Positions 12,101-21,225 of a DNA stretch of 64,000 nt are shown piece by piece. The notes beneath the pieces were generated by a model, which worked only from the letters and a program-made list of their open reading frames with translations, ran no database searches and had not been told where the DNA came from. This DNA is from Candidatus Cloacimonadales bacterium (GTDB lineage: Bacteria > Cloacimonadota > Cloacimonadia > Cloacimonadales > DAONDQ01): NCBI GenBank assembly GCA_963662275.1, contig OY759316.1:3552001-3616000 (forward strand). Reading direction: 5' to 3'. The translations under genes and the position numbers were made by a program. Numbering within the stretch: position 1 is the stretch's first letter; every line of letters begins with the position of its first letter.

Positions 12101-13997
12101 CACCATAGAAAGCTCGCGCCTTGATTGTCGTCGTTCCTGATACGCTTATTGGCGCAGAATACAAATTTGATGCAGGGGTAGGGTTCGTACCATTGGTTGA
12201 ATATCGAATCTGAGCACCTGCGGTAGCTGAGGTAATGGTCACAGATTGCGGTGTGTTATAGGAGCCTGCAGGCAGATCAAAAGCTGGGTCAGCTACAGTT
12301 AATGTATAGACGGCAATACCTATCAGACTTGCATCTCCACCTTGATTGAAGGCGATAGCCCTGATAGTTGTCGTTCCTAGTATTTGTACTGGATCCGAAT
12401 ATAAAGTTGAATAGATAGTAGGTTCATCGCCATTCGTCGTGTATCTTATTTGTGAACCTGCAGTCGAGCATCTGATGGTGACTAATTTGGTTATGTTATA
12501 AGAACCACCGGCTGGACTGAAAGTCGGTTCAGCCACTGTTAATGTATAGATGGCAATCGCTATCAGGCTTGAATCCCTGCCTCTACTGTTTGATTTAGTC
12601 TTTATACTTGCAACATTACCGCGACTGAGTGTTGTAGTTTTTTCACTTGAGACATCACCTTTACTGAGAGATTTCCCCTTTACATTTGAAACACTACTTT
12701 TTGCATGTGTTTTAACCAGTACACTGGATACACCACCTTGGTTGAAGGCAATCGCCCTGATAGTTGTCGATCCCAATATTTGTATGGGTCCGGTATATAA
12801 AGTTGATGAGATCGTAGGTTCATCACCGTTCGTTGTATACCGAATCTCAGTATCAACCGTTGTACATGATATTCTAACCGTTTGTGTAGAGCCATAGGTA
12901 CCGCCAACAGGATTGAAAGTCGGTTCAGCCACCGTTAATGTATAAACAGCAATACCAATCAGACTTGAATCCCCGCCTTGGTTGAAGGCAATCGCCCTGA
13001 TAGTTGTCGAGCCGAGGATTCGTATGGGACCTGTATATAACGTCGATGTGATCGTAGGTTCATCACCATTTGCCGTATATCTGATCACCGATCCTTGAGT
13101 CACACATGATATGCTTACAGTTTGTGTCCCGCCATAAGTACCACCTGGAAGACTAAAAGTCGGTTCTGCTACGTTGAATGAATAAACAGCAGAAACGATT
13201 TGGCTTGAATTCCAACCTTGCTTGAATGCTCTCACCTTCAAAGTAGTTGTTCCCAGAATACTGATCGGATTTGAATATAAAGTTGAATTAACAGTTGGAT
13301 CGATACCATCTGTAGTGTATCTTAATTCGCTCCCGGGAGTTGCACAAGCTAAACTAACAGATTGGGGCGTGCTATACGAACCACTGACAAGGCTGATCGT
13401 TGGATTATCCACTGTTAATGAGTATAGAGAAGTCATTATTTGACTTGGATTTAAACCCGCTTTGAATGCTTTTGCCTTTAACGTTGTCGATACCTGAATA
13501 TCTATTTCACCTGTATATAAAGTAGAAGCAAAATTAGGGACCATTCCATTTGTAGTGTATCTAATTTCTGCATCGAGAGTGGTACATGAAATACTGACAA
13601 CTTGAGGGGTATTATAATTTCCGCCTGCTGGTTGGAAAGTAGGGTCAGCCACGTCAGTCACTGATGTAATAATATAACTAGCAGAAGCTGTGAGACTTGT
13701 ATTCCAATCTTCTTTAAATGCTACTGCCTTTAAAGTTACTGCTTCCGTGATTTTTATTGCTCCAGTGTAAGGCATGGATGTCACTACCGGTTCTGTCCCA
13801 TCAATAGTATATCTAATTTCAGCACCGTAGGTTGAACAGGAAATAGTTACCATCTGTTGATGAGCATATGTACCCGAAGCTAAACTGATAACGGGAGTAG
13901 CTATTGTATAGATTTCAGGCTCTGTGGTCTTATGACTGCAACTGACAAGTGTAAAAAGCAGTAAAATACAATAAACAATCCATGTCATTTTTTTCAT
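9114..13997 (-). CDS. large lipoprotein: 15 chitobiase/Fn3-associated (CHB_HEX_C-like) repeats plus C-terminal FGE-sulfatase (C-type lectin fold) domain
   Basis: Lipobox LVSC. Fifteen repeats with IRYTxNGxxP. C-terminal YRLPTEAEWEFAAKGG, NELGAFDMSGNVCEWCWDWY, RGGCW..GFRLAR. Confidence 0.88.
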   Translation of the reverse strand: MKKMTWIVYCILLLFTLVSCSHKTTEPEIYTIATPVISLASGTYAHQQMVTISCSTYGAEIRYTIDGTEPVVTSMPYTGAIKITEAVTLKAVAFKEDWNTSLTASASYIITSVTDVADPTFQPAGGNYNTPQVVSISCTTLDAEIRYTTNGMVPNFASTLYTGEIDIQVSTTLKAKAFKAGLNPSQIMTSLYSLTVDNPTISLVSGSYSTPQSVSLACATPGSELRYTTDGIDPTVNSTLYSNPISILGTTTLKVRAFKQGWNSSQIVSAVYSFNVAEPTFSLPGGTYGGTQTVSISCVTQGSVIRYTANGDEPTITSTLYTGPIRILGSTTIRAIAFNQGGDSSLIGIAVYTLTVAEPTFNPVGGTYGSTQTVRISCTTVDTEIRYTTNGDEPTISSTLYTGPIQILGSTTIRAIAFNQGGVSSVLVKTHAKSSVSNVKGKSLSKGDVSSEKTTTLSRGNVASIKTKSNSRGRDSSLIAIAIYTLTVAEPTFSPAGGSYNITKLVTIRCSTAGSQIRYTTNGDEPTIYSTLYSDPVQILGTTTIRAIAFNQGGDASLIGIAVYTLTVADPAFDLPAGSYNTPQSVTITSATAGAQIRYSTNGTNPTPASNLYSAPISVSGTTTIKARAFYGEMEPSQVVTSVYSFSVAEPTFNPVGGTYGAPQSVRISCTTPSTTIRYTTNGDEPIISSTLYTGPINIVGSTTLKAIAFNQGGDTSLIALANYTLTVAEPTFTPVAGSYNSTKLVSIRCTTVGSTIRYTTNGDDPISSSTTYTAPIPVLGTTTIKAIAFNQGGDASSIASAAYSLTVSDPVFELPSGSYTQPQSVTITSATEGAQIRYTTNGSNPTASSSLYSDPIIVNGTTTLKAKAFSGVMDPSHVVTAVYSFTVAEPTFNPGSGTYGATQTVSIHCVTPNTTIRYTTNGNEPNVTSTLYTNPIQVLGSTTIRAIAFNQGGDASLIGIGVYNLTVAEPTFNPIGGTYGSAQTVRISCATIGAEIRYTTDGNEPNVTSTLYTDPIQIVGSTTLKAIAFNQGGVAVTREKAVQNNAASRTKITSSSTGDVGISTKAKSSLRIGDSSLIAIAVYTLTVAEPIFEPAGGTFDTPQSVVLSCATVGSQIRYTTNGTEPTMNSALYSSPIQITRTTTLKAIAFNQGGDSSLIVSAVYTLTVLDPVILPSSDSYGTPQTISMSCPTDGAQIRYTTNGSNPTASSTLYVSPFIIASTTTIKAKAFWGQMDPSQVVTASYTIDIASPVFNYPGGPDPQHPIRYEQPISVSISCATHGAEIRYTTNGSTPTEASNLYTTPFTVSSTTVLKARAYFDNMDPSPIITAAYEIAVFSVPGMVFVQHGSFTMGDTYLFGPSDQDGLRHPVTLTDDYYIGRNEVSQSEFYATMGFNPSFFVGRSDRPVERVSWYEALAYCNKRSEAEGLLQCYTFTWTDTLGVVHQTQDPDVWTPVLDWNHETFNNGFTCDFRPRVYGGYRLPTEAEWEFAAKGGRFGIMGDPIHEAKFSGVWGPDETAYQNIGAAAWYVGNADGTTHPIGQKLWNELGAFDMSGNVCEWCWDWYNADYYSISPVQNPTGPIMPPEHLKVFRGGCWDSSIEYCRVSARYTYLQNDRNYFLGFRLARSLP

Positions 13998-14050
13998 TCG
14001 ATTCTCCTAAAAAAGCGGATTATGTAAAAGTATATAAGTCATGATTTCAA

Positions 14051-16063
14051 CTAGAATCTATAACCGAGAGAGACTGTTGAAGAATAGAGTTGAAAATCAG
14101 AATTCGTCATCGTATCACTAAGATCATTGATATTGAAATCAAATCGAAAATCAAGAGACCATTCATTCTTGCCAATATCCCATTGGTATAAATCGTTTAA
14201 CTTCCATCCAAATCCAACAATGAAGCCGTACTTTAGATTAAGCATGTCATCTGTAGCTGTGGATATTTTCTTATAAATAAAAGAATGGTAGTTATCAGTA
14301 TCGTTTTGGCTGTCTAAAACCAGTTGATTCATATCATCTTCTAAATCATCCAATCTCGGACTCCGATTATTTTTATGATTCATCAGGAAAGAGAAGGAAG
14401 GTCCTACATAACTGAAAACGCTGAATTTTTTTGTCCTTTTTTCAGTGTATCGAGAAATGTTTTGCTGAAGCATGAGAAGAATTGGTACAGTCACATAATC
14501 TAACTGTGTGTCCACATATCCGGTTAAGGAATGATTAAATAAACTGACTACAATTGAGTCACTATTATATTCAATAAAATCCGGATATTGATTATCAAAG
14601 GAATAGCTATAACTATATCGTTGCCAGAGAATTTCCGGTTGTAGTAGAATAGTTGTTGCAGCTTGGTGCATAGGGAATGAAAAGAATAGACCCAAGTTCT
14701 GGGATGTTCCAATACTGCCGTGTTTCGAAGTATTTGTGTATCGCCCCATGGGGTGGAGTGATTGATCAGAATCTTGAATGTAAAATTCATATCGTAGCTT
14801 ATAATTCAATTCATTACCCCATATTGAACCGACTCCAGCCCCATATTTCATACCCCAGTTAAATGTCTGAGGTGATGGCTTGTTATCAGAAGATTCAGCT
14901 TTTGTATTATCTGGCACAATCTGAGGTATCTCTTGAATACTATCCATATAATTAAAGACTTTTTCTTTCTCCGGGCTGGAAGAATTTCCTATAACCATGC
15001 GGTCTTTAGCAGAACCAACGATTTCGGCTTTTATGATAATAACCATTTCTTTTTCAGTTTTGGTGATTTTATCATATCCTGTTAGAAACCTGATTCCAAA
15101 TACCCACCAGGGAAGATCTTTCAAAAGTGGTATTCCACCCCTTTCCCTGGTATCTTCCGTATCATACAAACCACCAATTACAGTTTCCTCACCATCAAAC
15201 ATCACCAGATCAGTTGTGGATTGACTTTTATTAATGATGGTTGTAATATCTCCGGGAACAGCGGAACTACGTTCCACCCGTGCAATCAGATGAATTGCTT
15301 CTTTTCCTGAATCCGTAATAATTATAGGCATTACATCCATAATTACACCTGTGGAATAGAATTTATCGGTAACATTACCTGCTTCATCTTTCTGCTTCAC
15401 GGAGAAGTCCTGTCCTACTTGAATATAACCTCTTTTACCGGAAGCTACAACAAGAGTAGGTTTTGCGATAACGGAACCTTTCTGATTGGTTTCAATAACC
15501 TTCAAAACCGTGCTGACATCAATCCGCTGCTGTCCGGTTGCCCACCCTTTCGAAAAACCACTGTTCATTAGCGAAGAAGGAACGCCCACAGCACCATTGA
15601 AATTAAAATTAGCTGTCACTTTTCCTTTCAGCAACGTACTCCAGTCTATCCCTAAAGCGTTTAAAAAAGACTTATCTGCAACAAATGCAATGGAACTGAT
15701 CCTTACTTGTTCAGTATTCAATGTTACATCTTCATTCGTCTTTTCAATAGAAATAGGAGATTTTACGATGACAACACCATTTTGTTCATCAATGATCAAA
15801 CCTTGTTTCAGTGCGATTAAATCCAGAGCCTGCTTCCAAGTTAACTGATGAATTGGAATACCAATCGGATCATTGCTATTACTTAAATTCATTAATTTTC
15901 GCCCTGTATATTTCACTGATAAGGTCTCTAGTGCTTGCAAAGCACTATTAAGAGGCATATCATCTGTCAGAGAAATCGTCTCTTCCTGACCTGGTTCAAT
16001 CGCTAAGATAGAAATAGGTAGCATCATGACGAAAAGCAGAACTAGAAATATGAAGTGTTTCAT
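14051..16063 (-). CDS. secretin (PilQ/GspD family) fused to C-terminal outer-membrane beta-barrel
   Basis: Secretin motifs AKPTLVVASG, IQVGQD, DGEETVIGGL, GIPLLKDLP, EMVIIIKAEIV. After a linker, amphipathic strands (LQPEILW, LDYVTVPILL, YVGPSFSFL) end in SLGYRF. Confidence 0.8.
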   Translation of the reverse strand: MKHFIFLVLLFVMMLPISILAIEPGQEETISLTDDMPLNSALQALETLSVKYTGRKLMNLSNSNDPIGIPIHQLTWKQALDLIALKQGLIIDEQNGVVIVKSPISIEKTNEDVTLNTEQVRISSIAFVADKSFLNALGIDWSTLLKGKVTANFNFNGAVGVPSSLMNSGFSKGWATGQQRIDVSTVLKVIETNQKGSVIAKPTLVVASGKRGYIQVGQDFSVKQKDEAGNVTDKFYSTGVIMDVMPIIITDSGKEAIHLIARVERSSAVPGDITTIINKSQSTTDLVMFDGEETVIGGLYDTEDTRERGGIPLLKDLPWWVFGIRFLTGYDKITKTEKEMVIIIKAEIVGSAKDRMVIGNSSSPEKEKVFNYMDSIQEIPQIVPDNTKAESSDNKPSPQTFNWGMKYGAGVGSIWGNELNYKLRYEFYIQDSDQSLHPMGRYTNTSKHGSIGTSQNLGLFFSFPMHQAATTILLQPEILWQRYSYSYSFDNQYPDFIEYNSDSIVVSLFNHSLTGYVDTQLDYVTVPILLMLQQNISRYTEKRTKKFSVFSYVGPSFSFLMNHKNNRSPRLDDLEDDMNQLVLDSQNDTDNYHSFIYKKISTATDDMLNLKYGFIVGFGWKLNDLYQWDIGKNEWSLDFRFDFNINDLSDTMTNSDFQLYSSTVSLGYRF

Positions 16064-16935
16064 TGGTTTTCCTTTTTTATAGACAATGTGATATCTTCAA
16101 CAACACCGGTCGTGTTGATTTTGAATTTTACCGTTTCATTTCGATTATCGATACTGGCAAGCCAACCATTTTTCACTCTATCGCCTTGTGATAGTATTCT
16201 GATTATGCCATTAGGATCTTTCATGAATATCCGATTCGCTGTCATTCCAATTAATCTCGCTTGGTAAATATCGATCAAAGATGAATATTCTATCTTGATA
16301 TCCGCTGTTGGTGCATAGATTTTCATTCTGAAAGTACTTGGATAGGGAGATGGAGATTTGGTAGGTTTCAATTGAATCAAATCGGCTGTTGTTCCCAATG
16401 AGTCATAATACGCATCAAAAACTAAAGTAAAACTCACGGAATCACTATTTTCAACATTATCTGACATAATTGCCAGACTTTCCACTGTATATAGTGCTCT
16501 TTGCTGTTCCACCTGATTGACGAAGTTATACATATTTTTATAAGTTGCCCTACCTGTAACGATATATTCGTTATAATTTGTTGTCTTTATTTTCCCGTTA
16601 CGTGAGTAGCTAAAATCAAAAATAATATCCGTACTTATATAGTTACAAATTTTTAACAGATACTGAAAGGTAATGGGTGATGTATCCTGCAACATAATCA
16701 GTTTGTCTGCTGTGAGCATTTTTTGCATTTCCTGGGATTGCTTATCAGCGGTGGGCATGTTCAATAAAAAATTCTTTAAACTATCAACTGAAGTACTTAC
16801 CGTCTCATTTTTCTTTTTAAGTTTAAGTGATATTTTTGTCATTCTCATTTGTGTAACAAAACTGACAACAAATAATAGAATTAGAAGAAACAACAAAACA
16901 ATCGTATTACGGAGGGTATTACTCATAAATCTCAT
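16060..16935 (-). CDS. PilO-like (possibly PilO/PilP fused) pilus alignment protein
   Basis: N-terminal TM and coiled coil. GRATYKNMYNFVNQVEQQRALYTVESL is PilO-like. C-terminal LSQGDRVKNGWLASI is PilP/GspC-like. Located just upstream of the secretin. Confidence 0.6.
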   Translation of the reverse strand: MRFMSNTLRNTIVLLFLLILLFVVSFVTQMRMTKISLKLKKKNETVSTSVDSLKNFLLNMPTADKQSQEMQKMLTADKLIMLQDTSPITFQYLLKICNYISTDIIFDFSYSRNGKIKTTNYNEYIVTGRATYKNMYNFVNQVEQQRALYTVESLAIMSDNVENSDSVSFTLVFDAYYDSLGTTADLIQLKPTKSPSPYPSTFRMKIYAPTADIKIEYSSLIDIYQARLIGMTANRIFMKDPNGIIRILSQGDRVKNGWLASIDNRNETVKFKINTTGVVEDITLSIKKENQ

Positions 16936-19055
16936 GGTAATACCTCCAGGCTATGTACGGCTTTCTCAACTACATCCGATTTGGGATACTGTTCAATGAC
17001 AATTTTGAAGTTTTCCTTCGCTTGTACAGTATCTTTCAAAGCTAAGTAGCAAGCACCTTTCATATAATATGCATCCGGTGTTTTTTTCTTGTTTTCAGAT
17101 ATGATCTGATCAAAAATCAGAATTGCTTCCCCGGATTTGTTTAACATATATAAGCTTTCTGCCAACATATATTTACAATAATAGGCATAGGGACTATTTG
17201 GATGATTTTGAATAAATAGTTTGGCTTTTTCTAAAACAACTTCATTCTTGTTATTATCATACAATGTACGTAAATTCTGATATTCCTGTAGAGTGCTGTT
17301 CTTAGGTTTGCTCTTCTTTGTTTCATTCTTCGAAGTAGTCGTTTTCTGATTCTGTTGCTGTACTTTGTTATTGGATACTGCTTGATTTAAATTTTTCGCA
17401 GTAGAATTCGCTTTTTGAACTGCCGAAGGAATTGCTTTATTTTCTATGGCTTTTTCCTTAACTGGCGGTGTCGGCATCTTCTGCCCTTGCATAATTGTTT
17501 CCAGCTTGGGATAAGAAAACGATAACTCGAAATTCCACATCTGTGTTTTTCCAATAACTTGATTAGTCACTTTAGATATCTTGCCATCAGGAAAAAGCTG
17601 TGCAAAGGCAAGAATATTAGTTCGTTTACTTGTGATTCCGGTTATCGTAAATGATTCTTTGTCGCTTTTTAGATTAATAATCCAACTGATAGGATGATTA
17701 CCCACAGAATTGGCTAAGACATTGAGAATATAACCCCATTCATTCTTACCTTTTAAGAGTTCAAGAATTTTTTGCTGCTGTCCCTGCAGAGACTCAACAC
17801 TCATCAAGCCAGCGATATTGCTTTCAAGTTTTGTTTTATAGGAACGTAACTCACTTTCGAGAACTACATTTGCTTTTTTTTGATGGCTCAATTCATTACT
17901 CAGATTTAGAAAATTCCTTGTAGAATATGCAGTATAAAAGAAAAGTAAGAAAAGAATGATAAAACCATGCCAAGCTAGTTTAAAAATCTTCTGACTTTCA
18001 ATTATCTTTTTTTGTAAGAAATTCGTATTGATAAATTTCTTATTCATCGAATCCATCGATTTCCAGGCAAGGGCAATAGGAATTGCATATTCAGCTAAGT
18101 CTTCTTCTGAAATAGGGTCTGACTCATCTTCACTAACAAGCATATTTTTAAAAGTCATCCTGGAAACTTCTGTTTTGGGAAATTTCTTTTGAAAATATGA
18201 AACATCTTCATTCTTACTATTCTCACCTGCAAGAATTAAATATTGAGGATCTGATATTTGAGCTTCGTCCAAGCCTAAGAGCAACTTTGAATAAATTTCA
18301 TCCCGATTCGTAAACAAATGACTCGCTGTCTGGATCGGAAAAGATTTTACAAAAGCACCATCCCTAATCAAGATTCCTCTTTTGTACTCGAATCCTAGAT
18401 ACAATAGAAGAGCATTAGTATCTGCAGGAAAATCGTAATTCGCATTTAGGATATTAATCAATGAAATGTCATTGGGATCCATAATAGTATAGAAAAATCG
18501 TTTTGCTGTGTGTTCTCGATTATAGCGCCATAGATAATCCAGTAAATTATTAACACCTTTATGTACAATGACCGTACAGTTATCCCCAATCTGGGGAATA
18601 ATTCCAAAAACGGTTTGTTTGTTCTTTCTGTCATCCGGATTCAGTATTTCCTTATTGATAACTCGAATAATATTCTTTGATTGTGCAGACACATTCAGTT
18701 GATAAACTGACAATCTTTCATCATTGGCATTGAGGGCAATTCTTCCTTCATCTAAAGCAAAGAAATCAAGCAACCGTGATTCTGGAGGAATAATTTGGGA
18801 GTCACTTGTATCTGATTCTTGTTCAGCTTGAGTTGTAGTATGATCAAATGGTAAAACGCTTGAAAGATGAAGATCTGTTTCTTCATCCTGAACCACAAAT
18901 TCCTGATTCGGTCTATCGGCATAAAAAGACTTATCCAGCATTGTTTTTTGCAGGTTTATCAGCATGGCAGTACCATTGTACCATCTCATCTGAACAATTT
19001 TAAAACTGGGATTGTCTTCAAATATACCGAAAATGACTTTATCTATATACTTCAT
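16932..19055 (-). CDS. PilM/PilN-like fusion with C-terminal TPR domain
   Basis: Cytoplasmic N-region ending YAIPIALA..NFL, one TM segment, coiled coil, PilN-like WIINL..FTITG, basic linker, then TPR repeats (PNSPYA..YMLAESLY..PDAYYMKG..IEQYPKS). Confidence 0.6.
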   Translation of the reverse strand: MKYIDKVIFGIFEDNPSFKIVQMRWYNGTAMLINLQKTMLDKSFYADRPNQEFVVQDEETDLHLSSVLPFDHTTTQAEQESDTSDSQIIPPESRLLDFFALDEGRIALNANDERLSVYQLNVSAQSKNIIRVINKEILNPDDRKNKQTVFGIIPQIGDNCTVIVHKGVNNLLDYLWRYNREHTAKRFFYTIMDPNDISLINILNANYDFPADTNALLLYLGFEYKRGILIRDGAFVKSFPIQTASHLFTNRDEIYSKLLLGLDEAQISDPQYLILAGENSKNEDVSYFQKKFPKTEVSRMTFKNMLVSEDESDPISEEDLAEYAIPIALAWKSMDSMNKKFINTNFLQKKIIESQKIFKLAWHGFIILFLLFFYTAYSTRNFLNLSNELSHQKKANVVLESELRSYKTKLESNIAGLMSVESLQGQQQKILELLKGKNEWGYILNVLANSVGNHPISWIINLKSDKESFTITGITSKRTNILAFAQLFPDGKISKVTNQVIGKTQMWNFELSFSYPKLETIMQGQKMPTPPVKEKAIENKAIPSAVQKANSTAKNLNQAVSNNKVQQQNQKTTTSKNETKKSKPKNSTLQEYQNLRTLYDNNKNEVVLEKAKLFIQNHPNSPYAYYCKYMLAESLYMLNKSGEAILIFDQIISENKKKTPDAYYMKGACYLALKDTVQAKENFKIVIEQYPKSDVVEKAVHSLEVLP

Positions 19056-19127
19056 GTTTCTTCCTTCCTAAGTCAATCCTTCAACTATAAACGCATATAG
19101 TTATATAGGTTAAACCAGGCAAGCTTT

Positions 19128-20339
19128 TTATGTTGATAACAATTGCATCATTCTTCTTTTATTATTAGCATAGCCCATGGCAGTCTCTGCAGTGATCAAT
19201 CCGCGTTTAAAAAGAGTTAGTAAATCTTGTTCAAGTGTTATCATACCAACTTTTTTTCCTTCCGACATCATCTGGTAGATTTCACCGATATTCTTGTTTC
19301 GAATTGCAGCAGAAACTGATGCATCCATAGACAAAATTTCTTTTGCCAGTGTTCTCTTTCCATCTTTCGTTGGTACTAATTTTTGGGAAATAATAACACT
19401 TAAGGTATCTGCTAAGCGGTTACGGATTCTATCTTGTTCTTCTGGGGGAAATTCTGCTACAATACGATGAATACTATCAATGGCTGAACTTGTATGTAAG
19501 GTTGAAAGTGATTTATGGCCACTATCAGTGATTTCCAATACTGTTGCAATGGTTTTGGCGTCTCGCATTTCACCAACGACAATAATATCCGGATCCTGGC
19601 GTAAAGAATCAATAGCCCCTTGAGCAAAAGATGGAACATCAACACCAACTTCTCGATGACGACACAATGATTTTTTTGATTCATGTACAAATTCAATTGG
19701 ATGACCAATGATAATTATATGTGCTTGGCATCTCTGATTGTTCATATCAATAATCACATCAAGAGTTGTACTTTTACCGGAACCTGTAATACCTGTGACA
19801 AGTATTAAACCTGATTTCTCATAATTCAAATCCATTCTATCGACAATCGGTTTGGGAAAATCAAGAAAATCAAGGCTATAAATTTTAGGATTAATTCTTC
19901 TAAAATTGATCGCTGTATATCGTCGTTCCAAGTATACATCACCTCGAAAGCGGGATTGTACATCTTCTTGTTCAAAAGCGACATTAACAGAGAAATCTAT
20001 ATTTTTATGCGTATAAAAAAATTCTTTCTGCGATCTGCTCAAATAACTGAGAATCATGAAAGAAGATTCAATTTCCGAATAAGTATCTACTTGAGGAAAG
20101 GGGGTTTTCCTTCCATGAACACGATACCATACTTGCGAGCGGGCACCTGGTGCACCAAAATCTATATCAGAAGCTTCGATTTCTTCCATATAGTGAAGAA
20201 GCATATATAAATGCTGTAAAGCTTCTTCCTGCCAGACTGGATTCTTTTCGATTAAGATATCCAGCTTTTGGCATAATTCAATTCCAGGAAGATTCAAACT
20301 CTGGTATTTTTCAAGTTCTGTAGAAAATGAGAGTCCCAT
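19128..20339 (-). CDS. pilT: PilT/PilU-family retraction ATPase
   Basis: Walker A GITGSGKST, HREVG.DV.SF, LRQDPDIIVVGEMRD, GH..STLHT, ISQKL, AAIRN. Confidence 0.85.
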   Translation of the reverse strand: MGLSFSTELEKYQSLNLPGIELCQKLDILIEKNPVWQEEALQHLYMLLHYMEEIEASDIDFGAPGARSQVWYRVHGRKTPFPQVDTYSEIESSFMILSYLSRSQKEFFYTHKNIDFSVNVAFEQEDVQSRFRGDVYLERRYTAINFRRINPKIYSLDFLDFPKPIVDRMDLNYEKSGLILVTGITGSGKSTTLDVIIDMNNQRCQAHIIIIGHPIEFVHESKKSLCRHREVGVDVPSFAQGAIDSLRQDPDIIVVGEMRDAKTIATVLEITDSGHKSLSTLHTSSAIDSIHRIVAEFPPEEQDRIRNRLADTLSVIISQKLVPTKDGKRTLAKEILSMDASVSAAIRNKNIGEIYQMMSEGKKVGMITLEQDLLTLFKRGLITAETAMGYANNKRRMMQLLST

Positions 20340-20352
20340 AATAATACCTTAA

Positions 20353-21210
20353 TTAGATTCTATTGGATTCATAACCGGTGAAAGAACCAATTTTCACCAG
20401 TGCTTTTTTCCATTTTAAGTAGAGAATTGTCATGAGATTGATGGTAAATCTCTTCGTTAATGATTCATCTTTATAGGTAAAAAACTCTATGATCTTTTTC
20501 CTGCTGTAATGCTGGACTTTAACTTCTGATTCAGCTCTCAAACTGGTAAATAGATAAGCAGGGGACATGAATGTCTCTTCCCCCCAGCTCTCGCCCGGAT
20601 GTAATCGTTCAACCTGGACATCACCTATCCATATGGAAATCTCGCCATTTTCAATAAGAATAATGCTGCCGGGATCATCAAAGAGGGAAATATCTGTACC
20701 AGAATCATAATTAACTACTTTAGCAATTTCATGAAATTCTTTTTTTTCTTCTGTGTTAAAGCCTCTGAGTAATTGTGAATCCAGAAGATTGTCTGTATCA
20801 TCTGATAATCCTAATATTGGTTTTAACAAGTTATTCTTTAATTCTTCATGACGTTTTAAACCAGCTTCGACAACTTTACATAATTCGTCTTTTGAAACAG
20901 GTTTTGTCAAATAATGAAATGCACCGCTACGTACAGCATTCATTCCTCTTTCTATACTAAAATATCCTGTTATGATGATGATTACAGCTAAAGGGTCTGC
21001 CATTTTAATTCTCTGCATTAATTCTAAACCATTCATCCCCGGTATTAATACATCGAGAATATACAAATCAAATTTCTCCATACAACTTCTATTGAGTGCA
21101 TCTGTTCCGTCAATCGCAGTACTGACCTCATACCCGATACTTTCAAGTAATTCTTGAAAAATAACTCGAATTTCCTGTTCATCATCAACAACCAGTATTT
21201 TGTTACTCAT
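20353..21210 (-). CDS. response regulator receiver plus cNMP-binding-like domain
   Basis: KILVVDDE, LDVLIPGMNG, ITG, YLTKP. C-terminal IILIENGEISI..LHPGESWGE resembles a cNMP-binding fold. Confidence 0.75.
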   Translation of the reverse strand: MSNKILVVDDEQEIRVIFQELLESIGYEVSTAIDGTDALNRSCMEKFDLYILDVLIPGMNGLELMQRIKMADPLAVIIIITGYFSIERGMNAVRSGAFHYLTKPVSKDELCKVVEAGLKRHEELKNNLLKPILGLSDDTDNLLDSQLLRGFNTEEKKEFHEIAKVVNYDSGTDISLFDDPGSIILIENGEISIWIGDVQVERLHPGESWGEETFMSPAYLFTSLRAESEVKVQHYSRKKIIEFFTYKDESLTKRFTINLMTILYLKWKKALVKIGSFTGYESNRI

Positions 21211-21225
21211 AATATCCTCGATCTG

